64,000 bases of DNA from contig NC_043010.1 of NCBI RefSeq assembly GCF_006345805.1, positions 46,190,001 through 46,254,000 of the forward strand, read 5' to 3'. Below the pieces are notes generated by a model that saw only the letters and a list, made by a program, of their open reading frames with translations, made no database searches and was not told where the DNA came from. The translations under genes were made by a program, and so were the position numbers. Each line of letters opens with the position of its first letter. Within the stretch, counting starts at the first letter, position 1. This document shows, piece after piece, positions 25,362 to 38,536 of this stretch. The DNA is from Octopus sinensis (Eukaryota).

Positions 25362-25427
25362 TAACTGTACTCTATAGCATTTAACTGTACTCTATAGTAT
25401 TTAACCGTGTCAATATAGTATTTAACC
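25362..25427. repeat. ~20-bp tandem repeat, 3 diverging copies
   Basis: Unit taactgtactctatag(c/t)att. Confidence 0.85.
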
Positions 25428-26322
25428 AGTCAATCATTGCTCAGCCATCATTGAGAAGATCTATAGTCAGAAATATTTTTAGGAGTACCTTTTTTTTTTT
25501 TTGACCTGGCACTAACTGTATTGGACTCCTTTGCTGAACTGCTAAGTTATGGGGATGTAAACAAACTAATGCTGATTGTCAAGTAGTAATGTAGAGGGGA
25601 TACACACGCTCACTCACTCACATACAACAGGCTTCTTTCAGTCTTTGTCTACCAAATCCACTTACAAGGCTTTGGTTAGCCTAGGGCTATAGAAGACATT
25701 TCCCCAAGGTGCTACACAGTGGAACTTAAACTCTAAATCTTGTGGTTGGGAAGCAAGCTTCTTACCACCCAACCATACTTAAAAGACAATTAGAGAATGT
25801 ACTAAAAAAAGCACTAGATAATAATAGTAATGATAATAATAATAATAATAATGATAATAATAATAATGAAAACATTCTAAGAAAAAGAAGTCAAATAAAT
25901 CATGTGGAAGAAGTGAAGGACTAAAAACAATCAATTTAAAATACTGATATTAAGAATAGATATAGATCTTTGTTAAGATCATATTTTTTTTCCTTGTGAG
26001 TAAATCTCTCAGTAATTCTTGGTCATACAAAGATTGAGATAAAATTGGAAATGAAAGAAAAATAAATAAATAGGTGTGATACTAAATATACCAGAAGTTA
26101 ATTACTACAAGATGTTAGATAATAAATATTGTAACGTAACAAGTCGAAAAAAATTATACCTTAGAGAATGTCTTTAGTAAAGAGAAAGAGAGAACAAGTG
26201 AGATAGAAGCAGCTGAAAATGTTTAATTTGTTCTGACAATAAACTCACGTGAAACATAAACAAATTTTTGTAGAACACAGGAGGATACTTTTGAAATGAC
26301 CTTACTATAACAAATATCACAG

Positions 26323-26358
<36 letters not shown>

Positions 26359-26881
26359 TGTGAGAGAGAGAGAGAGAGAGAAAGAGACAGGTAGATAGGC
26401 AAAGAGATTGAGGGAAGATGCAACAATTATTTAATAGTAGGTTGAAAGTATGTTTATCATTAAGCAGAAATAAGGTAGCAAGCTGGCAGAATCTTTAGTA
26501 TGCTGGACAAAATTCTTAGTTGCATTTTGTCCTTTGCTTTTAGTTCAAATTCCACTGAGATCAACCTAGCTTTTCATCTCATTAGGGTTGATGAAATAAA
26601 ATACCAGTTGAGCAATGGGGACAATGTAATCAACTGGACTCTTCTCCTAAAACTCCAAGTCTTCTACCTATAGTAGAAAGGATTATTAAAAAGGAATTGA
26701 TGAGGGAAGAATAAAACTGAGAATATAAGTAAGTGTATGGATTCTCAAACTCAAAAGGTGTCTCAAAAAAGAATTTCATCACTGTCATAAACTTCCTCTT
26801 TTTAACTTGTCAAAACAGGTAACGTTTGAAACAGTTTACTTGCATTTGCAAAATATCACTAGACCTCAGTGCATCGAAAAT

Positions 26882-27247
26882 GGAGTGGTTGGGTGGTAAG
26901 TAGCTTGCTTACCAACCACGTGGTTCCAGGTTCAGTCCCACTGCATAGCACCTTGGGCAAGTGTCTTCTACTATAGCCTCGGGTCGACCAAAGTTAAGTG
27001 AATTTGGTAAATGGAAACTGAAAGAAGCCTGTCGTATATGTGTGTGTGTGCGTGTGTGTGTGTATGTTTGCATGTCTGTGACAACCGATGCTGGTGTGTT
27101 TACGTCCCCGTAACTTAGCGGTTCGGCAAAAGAGACCGATAGAATAAGTACTAGGCTTACAAAGAATAAGTCCTGGGGTCGATATGCTTGACTAAAGGCA
27201 GTGCTCCAGCATGGCCACAGTCAAATGACTGAAACAAGTAAAAGAGT
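26882..27247 (+). mobile_element. SINE family A
   Basis: Highly similar to 38140-38536. Confidence 0.9.
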
Positions 27248-27515
27248 ATATGGAGAAGTAATGCAGATAAATCAACAGGTACAATATATAAGTATGTATG
27301 TATAATCTTTTTTCACAGCCCCACAAACTGGATGTGAGATTTACTCACTTCCAGTAACTGAAAGCAATTGCTGTATTTTTTTCATACCAGTCATCTCTGA
27401 AGAGCATGTGATTTTAGTTAACTACCCAGTTATCTAATATCCAGTTTTTTTAACACCCAGTGCAAAACCAATTGATAACATTGGCTGAAATGGCTTTATA
27501 ATACAATGTACTTTG

Positions 27516-27629
27516 ATACATACATACATACATACATACATACATACATACATACATACATACATACATACATACATACATACATACATACATACATACA
27601 TACATACATACATACATACATACATACAT
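27516..27629. repeat. (TACA)n microsatellite, ~28 units
   Basis: Direct inspection. Confidence 0.98.
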
Positions 27630-27847
27630 GCATGCATGCATAAAATCATCATCATTTATTGTCTGTTTTCCATGCAGGCATGTGTTGGACGGTTTGACAA
27701 GGGCTGACTAGGCAGAAGACCTCCCTGTGTTTTGGCAGGGTTTTTATTCCTGGATGCCCTTCCTAACACTAACTACCTTACAGAGCAGATTGAGTGCTTT
27801 TTACATGGCACCAGCATATATATATATATATATAATGTATGTGTGTG

Positions 27848-28012
27848 TCATCATCATCATCGTTTAGCGTCCGCTTTCCATGCTAGCATGGGTTGGACGG
27901 TTCAACTGGGGTCTGGGAAGCCAGAAGGCAGCACCAGGCCCAGTCTGATCTGGCAATGTTTCTACGGCTGGATGCCCTTCCTAACGCCAACCACTCCGTG
28001 AGTGTAGTGGGT
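27848..28012 (-). mobile_element. RTE 3' UTR fragment
   Basis: (CAT)n followed by cgtttagcgtccgctttccatgctagc. Confidence 0.8.
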
Positions 28013-28226
28013 ACTGTGTTAATAGATCAATTAAGAATGGCAGAAGCTATGCATCAAATAAAAATACATTGTGGCATTTAATTTTGTCCCTTTATTTCTA
28101 TTTTGATTTTACCTCTCTTACTTATGAGGTTTATATAGTATGTATCACTGTAGAAGTTGAAATAATTAACTAAAGCTTTGTAAGTTACTGCCTCAGCATG
28201 GTCAAAGTCTGGTGAATGACACTAAC

Positions 28227-28451
28227 TAATCCTTTAGCACTTAGGTTTCTCTGTCAAATCTAATGCTTATTTATGCACAGTGTTTTGAATTAATCTTACA
28301 TTATCTGATAACTTCAAGATTTCAATGATTATTTATTTTTTGTAGAATGACATTGTAGGATAGGCATGAGAAACCAGATTTGGCTAGTTTGAACATAATA
28401 CAGATAGAATATTTAGACTGTATATGGCCAGTCTAATTGCTAAAGTGTTAA
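28227..28451 (+). mobile_element. TTAA MITE family A, diverged
   Basis: Internal similarity to 664-892. Confidence 0.65.
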
Positions 28452-30365
28452 AAAAAAAAGAAACAATGCTGAAACAACCTTGAGTATGGTACCAACAAGG
28501 AAGCCTCTTGATAGAATGGTTGCTTGACCCACTAGAAAAGGCTACCAAGATAGACTTTACTGTTTTAAAAATAATAACACATCAGATAATAAATAGCTTT
28601 AGGTATTCCTAAAAAGACAGGAGTTGCTTGATCATGCTTGACTTAGGACTTGGTTGACTGAACAACAACTTTGCACTGTTGAATCAGCTGAATGAGCATC
28701 AATAAATAGTTTGGTAGTTAAACGAACTGTGATCAAATCCTCAGGTTTTTTTTCTCTTTTTTTTTTGTTTTTTTTTTTTGCTGAAACAAATTATTTGACT
28801 CCCTTTATATGTATTATAGTATAAACAAGAAAATTGTTATTAGATTATTTTTTTTTAATTGAAAAAGTAAATATATAAAATAATGCATAAATAATGTCAT
28901 GCAATAAAATAAATACTAAATAAACTCACAATTTTTTTTTTTTTAATCAGCAAAATTAAAATTTGTTTATAGAAAAGCCTGAACAAAAGTTAATAAATAA
29001 ATTTGATAAGAATGCAATATAAATGGAAAATTTCACATGACTTCAATAATAATGTCTATTTTTGGTAGTTTGTAATAAGACAAAACAATCCTATTTCTGA
29101 GGTGACACTGTATAGAATAATAAAAGAAAGACTAGGAGAGAAGGGTGGGAGATCACACGTGTGAGCACACACATACACACAAACAGACACACAAACAAAC
29201 AAACAAGAATTTATTATTCTTTTCAATGATGGTTTGTTTCAAGCTTATTGAATGTCAAGTAAATGCTAATGTTGAAATACTTGATAGCAACTCCCCACCT
29301 TCCTCCTTAGATCATATAATACCAGGAGAAGCGTGTATATATTTGAGAGATCATTCATAAAGCATTGTGCACATGGTTATGGTTACACAGCTTGTATATG
29401 TGTGTATGCAAGTATATACCAAAGTATTTGTTTATGTGTTATATAATGCATTCAAAGAAGTGTATGTCACAGAGTAAATTTGTAGGTAATTGTGGATGAT
29501 GTACTCATATAAATATGTACAAGTGTCTGTGTATCTGTTTCTTTTATTACCTCTACCTTAGTGAACATTTATGTAGTAACATTTATATAGTTCAATAATA
29601 TGCATTTGGAGAAAAGACGGCAAGCTGGCAGAAATGTTAGCATGCCGGATGAAATGCTTAGTGGTATTTCGTCTGTCTTTACATTCTGAGTTCAAATTCT
29701 GCTGAGGTCGACTTTGCCTTTCTCTTTGGGTACTTTTCTACTTGTCACTTATAAGTTCATTCTTATAATCTCCCACAAATATATGCTTTCTATCTGCTAA
29801 ATCCACTCACAATGCTTTGGTTGACCCAGGGCCAAGGTGCCACACAGTGGAACTGAACCTGAAACCATGTGGTAAGGAAGGAAAGTTCTTTCTACACAGC
29901 CTGTAAGAAATGTATCCACACCAACTCTTTCCAACTTACTGATGCTAAAACTAGATCAAATCCTGTTTTCTTTCAATACTATCCAGAATATCACTCCACT
30001 CTTACTTTCAGAGAGTTGACCCCCACCTTGTTTTTCCTACCCAACAAAAATTTGCTGGAATTTGTTTGCTTTTTGCACCATATATCTTTACAGCTTATTT
30101 TTGGGAATCACTATTAATATTGACCAAATATCTCATTTTGCTTCCCTATACCTAAGCTACTCACCCAGTTCTGTCATCTGTTGAATCTCTCTGGCTTTCT
30201 TTCTCCCCCACCCTGCTCTCTCTCTAGCAACAGCAGCTACTCATTGGAATGATAGTAATCCCTACCTCCAACTGTTCAGTGAATCTTGTGATTGAATGAA
30301 AGAGGAGTTAACAGACATAAAGGGAAGAGGTCATGTTTTTTTTTTTATTTCCTTCTTTTCAACAG

Positions 30366-30463
30366 AACATTTCTATGTGTTGAATGAAATTGCAAAGTTA
30401 AATTCTTTATATCCAATGTCTATTGAAGATATAGCGATGTTGTTAAGATTAACTATAAATTAA
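30366..30463 (+). CDS. Candidate terminal coding exon (unverified)
   Basis: Long polypyrimidine tract ending caacag|. The phase-1 frame (E)HFYVLNEIAKLNSLYPMSIEDIAMLLRLTIN* is phase-compatible with 25293-25352. Confidence 0.3.
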
Positions 30464-30551
30464 TTCATTTTGAAGATATTTTGATGAAAGCTAGTCTTCA
30501 GGTGCAGTGAGACAAATTATAATTTCCTTTGCTGGTAGTTGTTAACTTGAA

Positions 30552-30555
<4 letters not shown>

Positions 30556-30619
<64 letters not shown>

Positions 30620-31085
30620 GCACCGGCATGGATGCTTTTAATATGATACCAGCACTGTTGCTTTTCATGTGGCACTGATGCATTTTACATGGCACTGGCA
30701 CAAGACTCTTGTACAAGACTCCTTGGCACAAGACTCCTTGGCACAAGACTCCTTGGCACAAGACTCCTTGGCACAAGACTCCTTGGCACAAGACTCCTTG
30801 GCACAAGACTCCTTGGCACAAGACTCCTTGGCACAAGACTCCTTGGCACAAGACTCCTTGGCACAAGACTCCTCTTCAGCAGGAGGAGCAGCATTAACAC
30901 TTCTTCTGTGGAGGATGGGTCTTGTTGAGTACAGCAAGGCACTGGATATCTCGGTTCTTTGTCATCCCCTCCGTAAGGATCGGTGTCCTGACATCATCCC
31001 AGTACATCGTCCAATGTCTTCCTGGGTCTCCCTCTTCCATAAGTTCCATCCACTTTGAGTGATCTTCACTTCTTCACACTCAGGG
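30556..31085 (-). mobile_element. RTE 3' fragment ending at (GA)n and containing a minisatellite
   Basis: LKVDGTYGRGRPRKTLDDV..LTEGMTKNRD..VLNKTH. The (TC)n tract is at 30556-30617. Confidence 0.75.
30697..30873. repeat. 15-bp minisatellite (CAAGACTCCTTGGCA)n
   Basis: 10 perfect units at 30714-30863, with partial or degenerate units on both sides. Confidence 0.98.
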
Positions 31086-31240
31086 TGGTTGGCATTAGGA
31101 AGAGTAACCAACCAAAGAAACCCTGCCAAATCAGAGCTTGCTACCCCTGGTCAAATGATGATGATATATATATCTTTATATATCTTTATATATATATATA
31201 TATATATATATAGTAGGAAGAACAAACAGCTAAAATAAAG

Positions 31241-31295
<55 letters not shown>

Positions 31296-32547
31296 AACAC
31301 ATTCTTTTTAGTAATGTCTTTAATTCTCACTGGGCTTTCTTCTAACTATAGAAATTTCAATGAGTAAAAACTGCTTTTGGTTTCTTCTCTTGGAATATTA
31401 ACGATATTGTGTGTAAGAGGTGTCAACCATTTCAGCTTGTAATGTCAATCATTTCAAGTAACTGAATTTAATATAGGAGACATAATTCACATTAAGAACA
31501 CATCCATAATAGCTTTGAGAGAAAAAAAAATGGGCTTCTACTGAGATATATCAAAACACGTGTGTGTGTGTGTGTGCGCATCATATACTAGTACTATATT
31601 TGCTGCCTTGTCTTAAATCTATTTAATTTTCCTGTGAAATGTTGCATGTGTTGCCATTAGTTTAATGTACAAAACCATACAGAACAAAATGAACTTTGAA
31701 CTTCCCTGATCAAGTTTCTATAATGGAAATAAGTATTGATTAGATTGATATTAGAGTGATATACTGTGTGGGTTTTAAATTTAAAGGTTATTGGTGAGTA
31801 TCCCATTTTAAAGAAAACTTAAAGCATGTATTGGGCATCATTGAACAGAAGCAGGACACAACACAAAATAGACACTTGTTGCTTTGTCGCTAATAATGAT
31901 GCCTACATTTTTTTCTTTTTGTCTTTTATCTTCTACTTGTTTCAATCATTGGACTGTGGTCATGGTGAGGCACTGCTTTGAAGGGCTTACTCAAATAAAT
32001 TGACCCCATACTTCTATTTTTATCTTGTTACAGTCATTGGAGAGTGGCCATTCTGGGGCACTGTTTTGTTGTTGTTTTTTGTTTTTGTTTTTTTTTTTTC
32101 TGCCTGGTGCTTATTATCTCAGCCTGTTTTTTTTGCCAGACCATTAATGTATGGAGATGTAAACAAACCTATACTGATTGCTGCTAAGCAGTAGTGAGGG
32201 ACAAATACAAACAGAAACACACGCACTCACACATTACACACATACAATTTACACACACACACATACACCATGCGCGCATGCTCACACACACACACACACA
32301 CAAACACATGCTCACACAACAGGTTTCTTTCAGTTTCCATTTACCAAATCTGCTCACAAGGTTTTCATCAGCCTTGGACTATCGAAAAAGACACTTGCCC
32401 AAGGTACCATGCAGTGGGCCTGAACCTGGGACCATGTGGTTGAGAAGCAAATTCTTTTCACATTGCCACACCTGTGTTTATTTGTGAAGTTCCTCTGAAT
32501 GCCACTTGACTGATTGGCATGTTAGTTGCTCACCAACATCTGACCTA

Positions 32548-32551
<4 letters not shown>

Positions 32552-32594
<43 letters not shown>

Positions 32595-32830
32595 GCACTA
32601 CTACAGTAGCCTCTGCTTCAGCGAGGGGAGCAGCATTGACACTTCAGTGTGGAAGATGGGTCTTCTTGAGTACAGCAAAGTGCTGAATATCTCAGTCATT
32701 TGTCATCTCCTCCATAACGCTGAGTGTCCTGAGATCGTCCTTCAGTATTTCGTCCCATGTCCTCCTAGGTCTTTCTTTTTCACAACTTCCATCCACTTTG
32801 ATTGATAGGCACTTCTTTACATGCTGACTG
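32552..32830 (-). mobile_element. RTE 3' fragment ending at (GA)n
   Basis: VKKCLSIKVDGSCEKERPRRTWDEILKDDLRTL..MTND*D..VLKKTHLPH*. Confidence 0.8.
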
Positions 32831-33400
32831 ACACTCAAGACTCGTTTCTTTTCCTCTCTTCACTCTTATTGCATCCATCCACTCATTCCCAGTCCTTGCT
32901 CTAATTAATTACAACATCCAGTCCTTCCTCACCTGCATATCAACTTTGAGATTTCCTTCCTGCCTTTGTTTTTATTGCATCCATTGACTTAATAATTATT
33001 TAAAAGGAACATTAATTTTGTTGCTTTCACTAGTCTCACAGGCCCTATGATGGCCATGAACACAGCCTCTTCTTTCAAACCAAACCAATAAAGACAATAA
33101 CTGCTAGAATAACAAGGTGATTTGATTAAGTGAAAATCTATTTAAAAATTTTCCACAAATGAAAAGAACTGACTGTATAACCATCATTACAGAAAGTAAA
33201 TGACAATAATTCCATGTTGATATGACAATATGACCATCTCTTATTGGCTTGATGACTTCTTTTAATCTCTTGATTATAATTCTGGTTACACTGACCAACC
33301 AGCCAACCAAATAACCAATTTTAAATGGACTTAATTGTCCTACATTGACTTCTATGACTATAGACATAAAACTGTTTATCAAAGAATTCTGTGTTGTTCA

Positions 33401-33645
33401 GAGATCAGTGAGTCTCTCCAGGTTGAACCACTACTCCATGTTGAGAGGTCATAGCTTTAGGATTATGGACATGTGATAAGAATGTTGCAGGAACAAATCG
33501 CAAGACAGATTATTCAAGTTGAGCCAACCGGCAGGAGATCTAGTGGCAGACCATGAACAAGATGGTTGAATAACATCCACATTCTCAATTGGTCACACTC
33601 AGGAATCCAGACTGAAAATGTAATGACAGTTGCTTTTGATAGGAT
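33401..33645 (+). mobile_element. RTE-clade (Rex3/Expander-like) ORF C-terminal fragment
   Basis: ESLQVEPLLHVERS*L*DYGHVIRM..PTGRRSSGRP*TRWLNNIHILNWSHSGI. Confidence 0.75.
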
Positions 33646-36600
33646 CCTAAGGAGGAGGGTATCCTATGGAGGAGGTACCCGAGGACTCTGCTCCTATGAT
33701 CCTCCTGCAAATAGTGGTAGGGAAAAAGTAGATAGGTAGACGGACAGGCTACCTTCCTGTTATAGTACACAGTTAACTACTGTTTTCATTAGCTTTCAAA
33801 ATCATCAAGAGAAAATATTGATTTCAAATTTTGGCACAAAGCCAGCATTTTTGAGGGGTGTGGTGTGGCAGGGATGAGTCAATTACATTGACCTCAGTGC
33901 TCAACTAGTACTTATTTAATCAACCCTGAAAGGATGAAAGGCAAAGTCAACCTTGACAGAATTTGAACTTAGTGCATAATGGCAGATGAAATGCCACAAA
34001 GCATTTTGCCTATATGCTAACGATTCTGCCATCTTGCAGAATAACATTATCAAACAATATTTGTTCCAAAGTCAGTCAGATGTGTTTAAAATTGTCTAAC
34101 AACAGGTGTTTAACAATGTTATAAAAATCATATATTTTATACAGGTAGTAAAGGGTGTGAGAAAATAATGTGCAACTGTATATATTTTGTCTTTCATTCA
34201 ACTAAACACAATATTTGTATGTTATCACCAACTCTATGGAAATGTAATAAAGGAAAGGATTAAAGTAACAGGTGTAAAAATTTCAGTGATAGTGTCTTTA
34301 TATTTGTGATTCTTTTCACTAAAAAGAAAGTAATCAAGGTAATATTGTAATGCTTCTTGTTTGTAAACTTTCAAATTTACATTCAAACTGCTGAATACAA
34401 AACTACCCACAGAAGATTCCAGATACAGAAATTTTAAATTTTGACATGGATTTGTTTGTTGGAACATAAAGAACTAGCAATTTCTTGGAAGCAAGCCACT
34501 ACTTCAAATGAGAACAGTTATTACTTAACCATTTTACACATAAACTGAGCCTAAAAGATATTAAAAATGACAAGATTAATAATCGAAGCATATGTCAGTT
34601 CACAGTGCAATCAGTTTGGAAACATTTCCTCTAGCACATACACATTCGAAGTTACCAAAACTTAATGACAACAAGGAAATACAATGCTGTAACATGTTCT
34701 TCTGTTTTCCTCTTGGCTACTAAAACTAAGAATTTCTAAATCACTCACTTTTGCCAATTCAAGTGCCAAAACAAAATCATTGCCATTCGTAGATAGCGTC
34801 TTATTAGTTGCCAAAAGATAAATTTGGCACAAACTGATTACAATTCCATATGATAAGAGGTGTATTTTCAAATAATGTTTCTTTCTTCTTTATTTTTTTC
34901 TTTTCATATTCTCAACGTTCTTTGTTCTGTATGTATGGAACATTATTTTTCAAAGCATAACAGAACACCTGTTTTAAAATCATAAATTTTAAACACTATA
35001 TGTAATCCAATGAAAAAAAAACCTAAATATATTATTCTATTCTGAATATTTTCTGATGTTACAAAAATCCATTAGAATAACTATAGAAGGTTATAAAATT
35101 ATTGAATATCACAAGATTTCTTTTAAAATATTTTCATTAATGCATTCGAGACATTATCTACAAATACTTTCACAAATGCATTTAAAACATTATCTACATA
35201 ATGGAATTCAACAAGAATCTATGAAAGAATTTTACACAATTCCACGTAAGATCCCAGAACAAAGTATTTACAAAGAAGTAACTTACAAATTACATCACAC
35301 CTTATTTCCTTGGCCCGAAAATAATCACTGAACCACAATTAGAAGAATAATTATTATATTTCCTAATTTAAATTTTGCTTATTTTTGTAATCTTTTTCCT
35401 AGCAGGAAATAAAATAAGTAAACATATATATATGTATATATATGTATATTAGCTAATGAATTCTTCAACATACATGTAACATTTCCTTCAAAATGAAATA
35501 AGTTAAATTGATATATATATATATAGAATACAAAAGAAACAATTCTGCCACACGTTTTAATATTCATTATGATTACAAGAAGTTACTCATTTCAAATTCA
35601 CATTCCTTGCACAAATCGGATTGTTCCATCTGGTATTTGGGTGTTTACAGTAGTGAGAAGGAATATGATAAAAAAAGTAGCACAAGAATGTTTTGTTTGT
35701 TCCCGATTCAAAGTTACACGAGAAAGTGAAATAATTCCTACATTTTTACATAAAAGTATTCATTTCAATACTGTCTTTTATAACTAGAAAAGGATAACAT
35801 ATTCCAAAGGCATGTATGTGAATGTGTATTCACATGTGTGTGTCATATAGAAGTGCACATATATAATACATACATATATATATATATATATATTTGTATA
35901 GAGGCTGTACTGCAAGGCTGACTGAAATTTAATAAAAGGAAAAAATCAGCATCAAGTTTTGTATGTCTACATAACACAATAGTGATTCTGTTTATTGTGA
36001 AAGAAATACTAATGGATGATTGATATTAACTGTTTGCAATAGAAAGATATCAATCATTAGGAACATGGCTGGAGTTTGTGGCGTTGGAATTTTCTCTTTA
36101 TTAACCCCTTAGCTTAAAACTTTTGTAATCATATATCTCTAATGAAATACACTTCCTAATTTTGAAAACAGTCAGTTAGGAATTTGCTGTAATTTAGTAA
36201 ATTAATTAACCTTTTTTTTTCTTTAAGTTGTCATTTGGAAAATGTTCACTTCACTGCCATGTGGCTCCATATTCAATCCCACTGGCATCTTGAGCAAGTG
36301 TTTTCTACTTTATCCTCAGATTGCCCAATGGTTTGTAAGTGAAATTTTCTTCTTGGAAACTGTATGGAAGCTCATCAGATAGTGTGTATAGATATATAGG
36401 CTCTAGTCACAGGCATGGCTTTTATAAAGTTTGGCAACCACATGGCTTTAGGTTCAATTACACTGTATGGCATCTTAAGTAAGTGGATTTCATTGATGGT
36501 GACTGGTATTGTGTGCTAATTGTAAAATGAATATCACTCAAACAGGCAGTGTTGTCTGCAGTCTTCTGTGAAACCATGTCCAGCCATTGAACCATTCATG

Positions 36601-36732
36601 TTTGAGGGGCTTGGAGAACTATTACAGATTCAAGCTGGTGATACGAAGAAAATTCAGCTATGGAAAAAAATCTGCCTCAATGAATTTCATTTGACTCTGA
36701 AAATAGAATAAAGTTCATGTGAATATGATTAT

Positions 36733-36782
<50 letters not shown>

Positions 36783-36785
<3 letters not shown>

Positions 36786-36966
36786 GGTCCCGGGTTGATT
36801 CGGGGTTAACCACAGTAAATAAGGTACTCAATACATAGCAGAGTAAAATTAATTTATTATATAGAAGGAGCTTCTACAGGACTAGAACTGTTTCATTCAA
36901 GAGAAATCTTCAGAAGATTTCTCTTGAATGAAACAGTTCTAGTCCTGTAGAAGCTCCTTCTATATA

Positions 36967-36972
<6 letters not shown>
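36783..36972 (-). mobile_element. (TA)n-embedded element with a perfect 121-bp palindrome and a hammerhead core
   Basis: Arms 36852-36911 and 36913-36972 are exact reverse complements. The minus strand reads CTGAAGA-TTTCTCTTGAAT-GAAAC-AGTTCTA-GTC. Confidence 0.75.
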
Positions 36973-37011
<39 letters not shown>

Positions 37012-37014
<3 letters not shown>

Positions 37015-37617
37015 TAAGTAATTAGGGTTTAGCAACGAATTGCCTCACCAACACACCGAATTTAGAAATAGCAGTCAAAGAGATATAGCTATTCCTTCTA
37101 CTAAAAGGGGGATCTCACACAAACTTTCATTCAAACTTTGAATTTCGTGGTACTGGTCATGCTTTAGCTCGCTCTGAGTTGAGATGATGCATTCTAGTAT
37201 CTCAAAATTTAATATACAATTATTCATAATTGTAGTATCCTGCGCCGATGAGAGAAGAAGTACGGGTAAAGTAGAATTTTCTAATTCTTACGCTATCCTA
37301 AAACTTGATCTCGAAACGTACGTCCGTAGGTAACGTAAAATTGCATGATGGATTGCCGTCATTTCATTCTTTCTTTCTTACCTGTCTGTGTTTGCCTTTC
37401 AAGTGCTGTGTTTTTACTGAGATCCCCCTTTTAGTAGAAGGAATAGCTATATCTCTTTGACTGCTATTTCTAAATTCGGTGTGTTGGTGAGGCAATTCGT
37501 TGCTAAACCCTTAATTACTTAGTATTACTTAAATTTTCCTCGAATGGGGCTTTTACATGCTGAAATCTACTTGGTGTAATTGATAATTATCCCTAATTAA
37601 TTAGTTCCACCTTTTAT
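37012..37617 (+). mobile_element. (TA)n-embedded Penelope-like remnant with an inverted partial tail
   Basis: 37012-37117 is the reverse complement of 37418-37524 (1 indel). A hammerhead lies between them and the tail continues to (TA)n. Confidence 0.75.
37239..37330 (+). ncRNA. Type I hammerhead ribozyme motif with extended stem II
   Basis: Stem I CCTGCG/CGTAGG, core CCGATGA, stem II GAGA../..TCTC, then GAAA, palindromic stem III ACGTACGT and a GUC triplet at 37322-37324. Confidence 0.7.
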
Positions 37618-38139
37618 TATATATATATATATATATATATTAGAAAACAAGATGCTGTCTCAGGTGAATTGGTGAGGTAGTCAGTATTACAGTAAACCAA
37701 GGGAATGTAAGAATTTCATAGCTTACTACACAAGCAATAAACCTATACAATCCCTCAGTAAACACAGAATAATTGTGGACACTGAAAGAGGATAGGCAAT
37801 CACTGCTGAAATCCATTACACCTGAATGTGTGATTCTGTAAACAATTTTTTTTTCTTTTCTTTTTGCAACAAATAATACAGTGTTGTATATTTAATGCAA
37901 TTTTCTTTTGTGTTGTCACCTTAATCTCTAAAGATGAATTTTTAAATATTCTATATTTACATCTGTATGACAATTCAATCTCTAGTCATATGTACATAGC
38001 ATCATACAGGATTTGAATTAGGAACCTTTATTTTTAAAATAGTTGTATTAACACTCTCATCTATTGTCCATTATGCTAGTGATGAATGTATATTTAATGT
38101 TACATCAATTAAAGTTATCTTTCAGTAAAGTTAACCATA

Positions 38140-38536
38140 GGCGTAGGAGTGGCTGTGTGGTAAGTAGCTTACTTACGAACCACATGGTTCTGGGTTCAGT
38201 CCCACTGTGTGGCACTTTGGACAAGTGTCTTCTACTATAGCCTCGGGCCGACCAAAGCCTTGTGAGTGGATTTGGTAGACGGAAACTGAAAGAAGCCCAT
38301 CGTATATATCTATATGTATGTATGTGTGTGTATATGTTTGTGTGTCTGTGTTTGTCCCCCCAACATCACTTGACAACCGACGGTGGTGTGTTTACGTCCT
38401 CGTAACCTAGCAGTTCAGCAAAAGAGACCGATACTAGGCTTACAAAGAATAAGTCCTGGGGTCAATTTGCTCGACTAAAGGCGGTGCTCCAGCATGGCCA
38501 CAGTCAAGTGACTGAAACAAGTAAAAGAGTAAAAGA
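38140..38536 (+). mobile_element. SINE family A
   Basis: Full head ggcgtaggagtggctgtgtgg through the tail gtaaaagagtaaaaga. Confidence 0.9.

Noticed and set aside
30498-31058. Six overlapping ORFs, and a possible CRISPR array
   Set aside because: They are caused by a stop-free 15-bp tandem unit. There are no spacers and the context is eukaryotic.
33104-33382. 92-aa minus-strand ORF
   Set aside because: No recognisable motif, and no phase-compatible upstream exon (the nearest donor near 34749 does not fit).
35569-35787. BEL/Pao integrase-like W..IKKVAQECFVCSRFK
   Set aside because: It is an isolated CxxC with no properly spaced HHCC histidines, no downstream DDE region and no LTRs. Plausibly chance.
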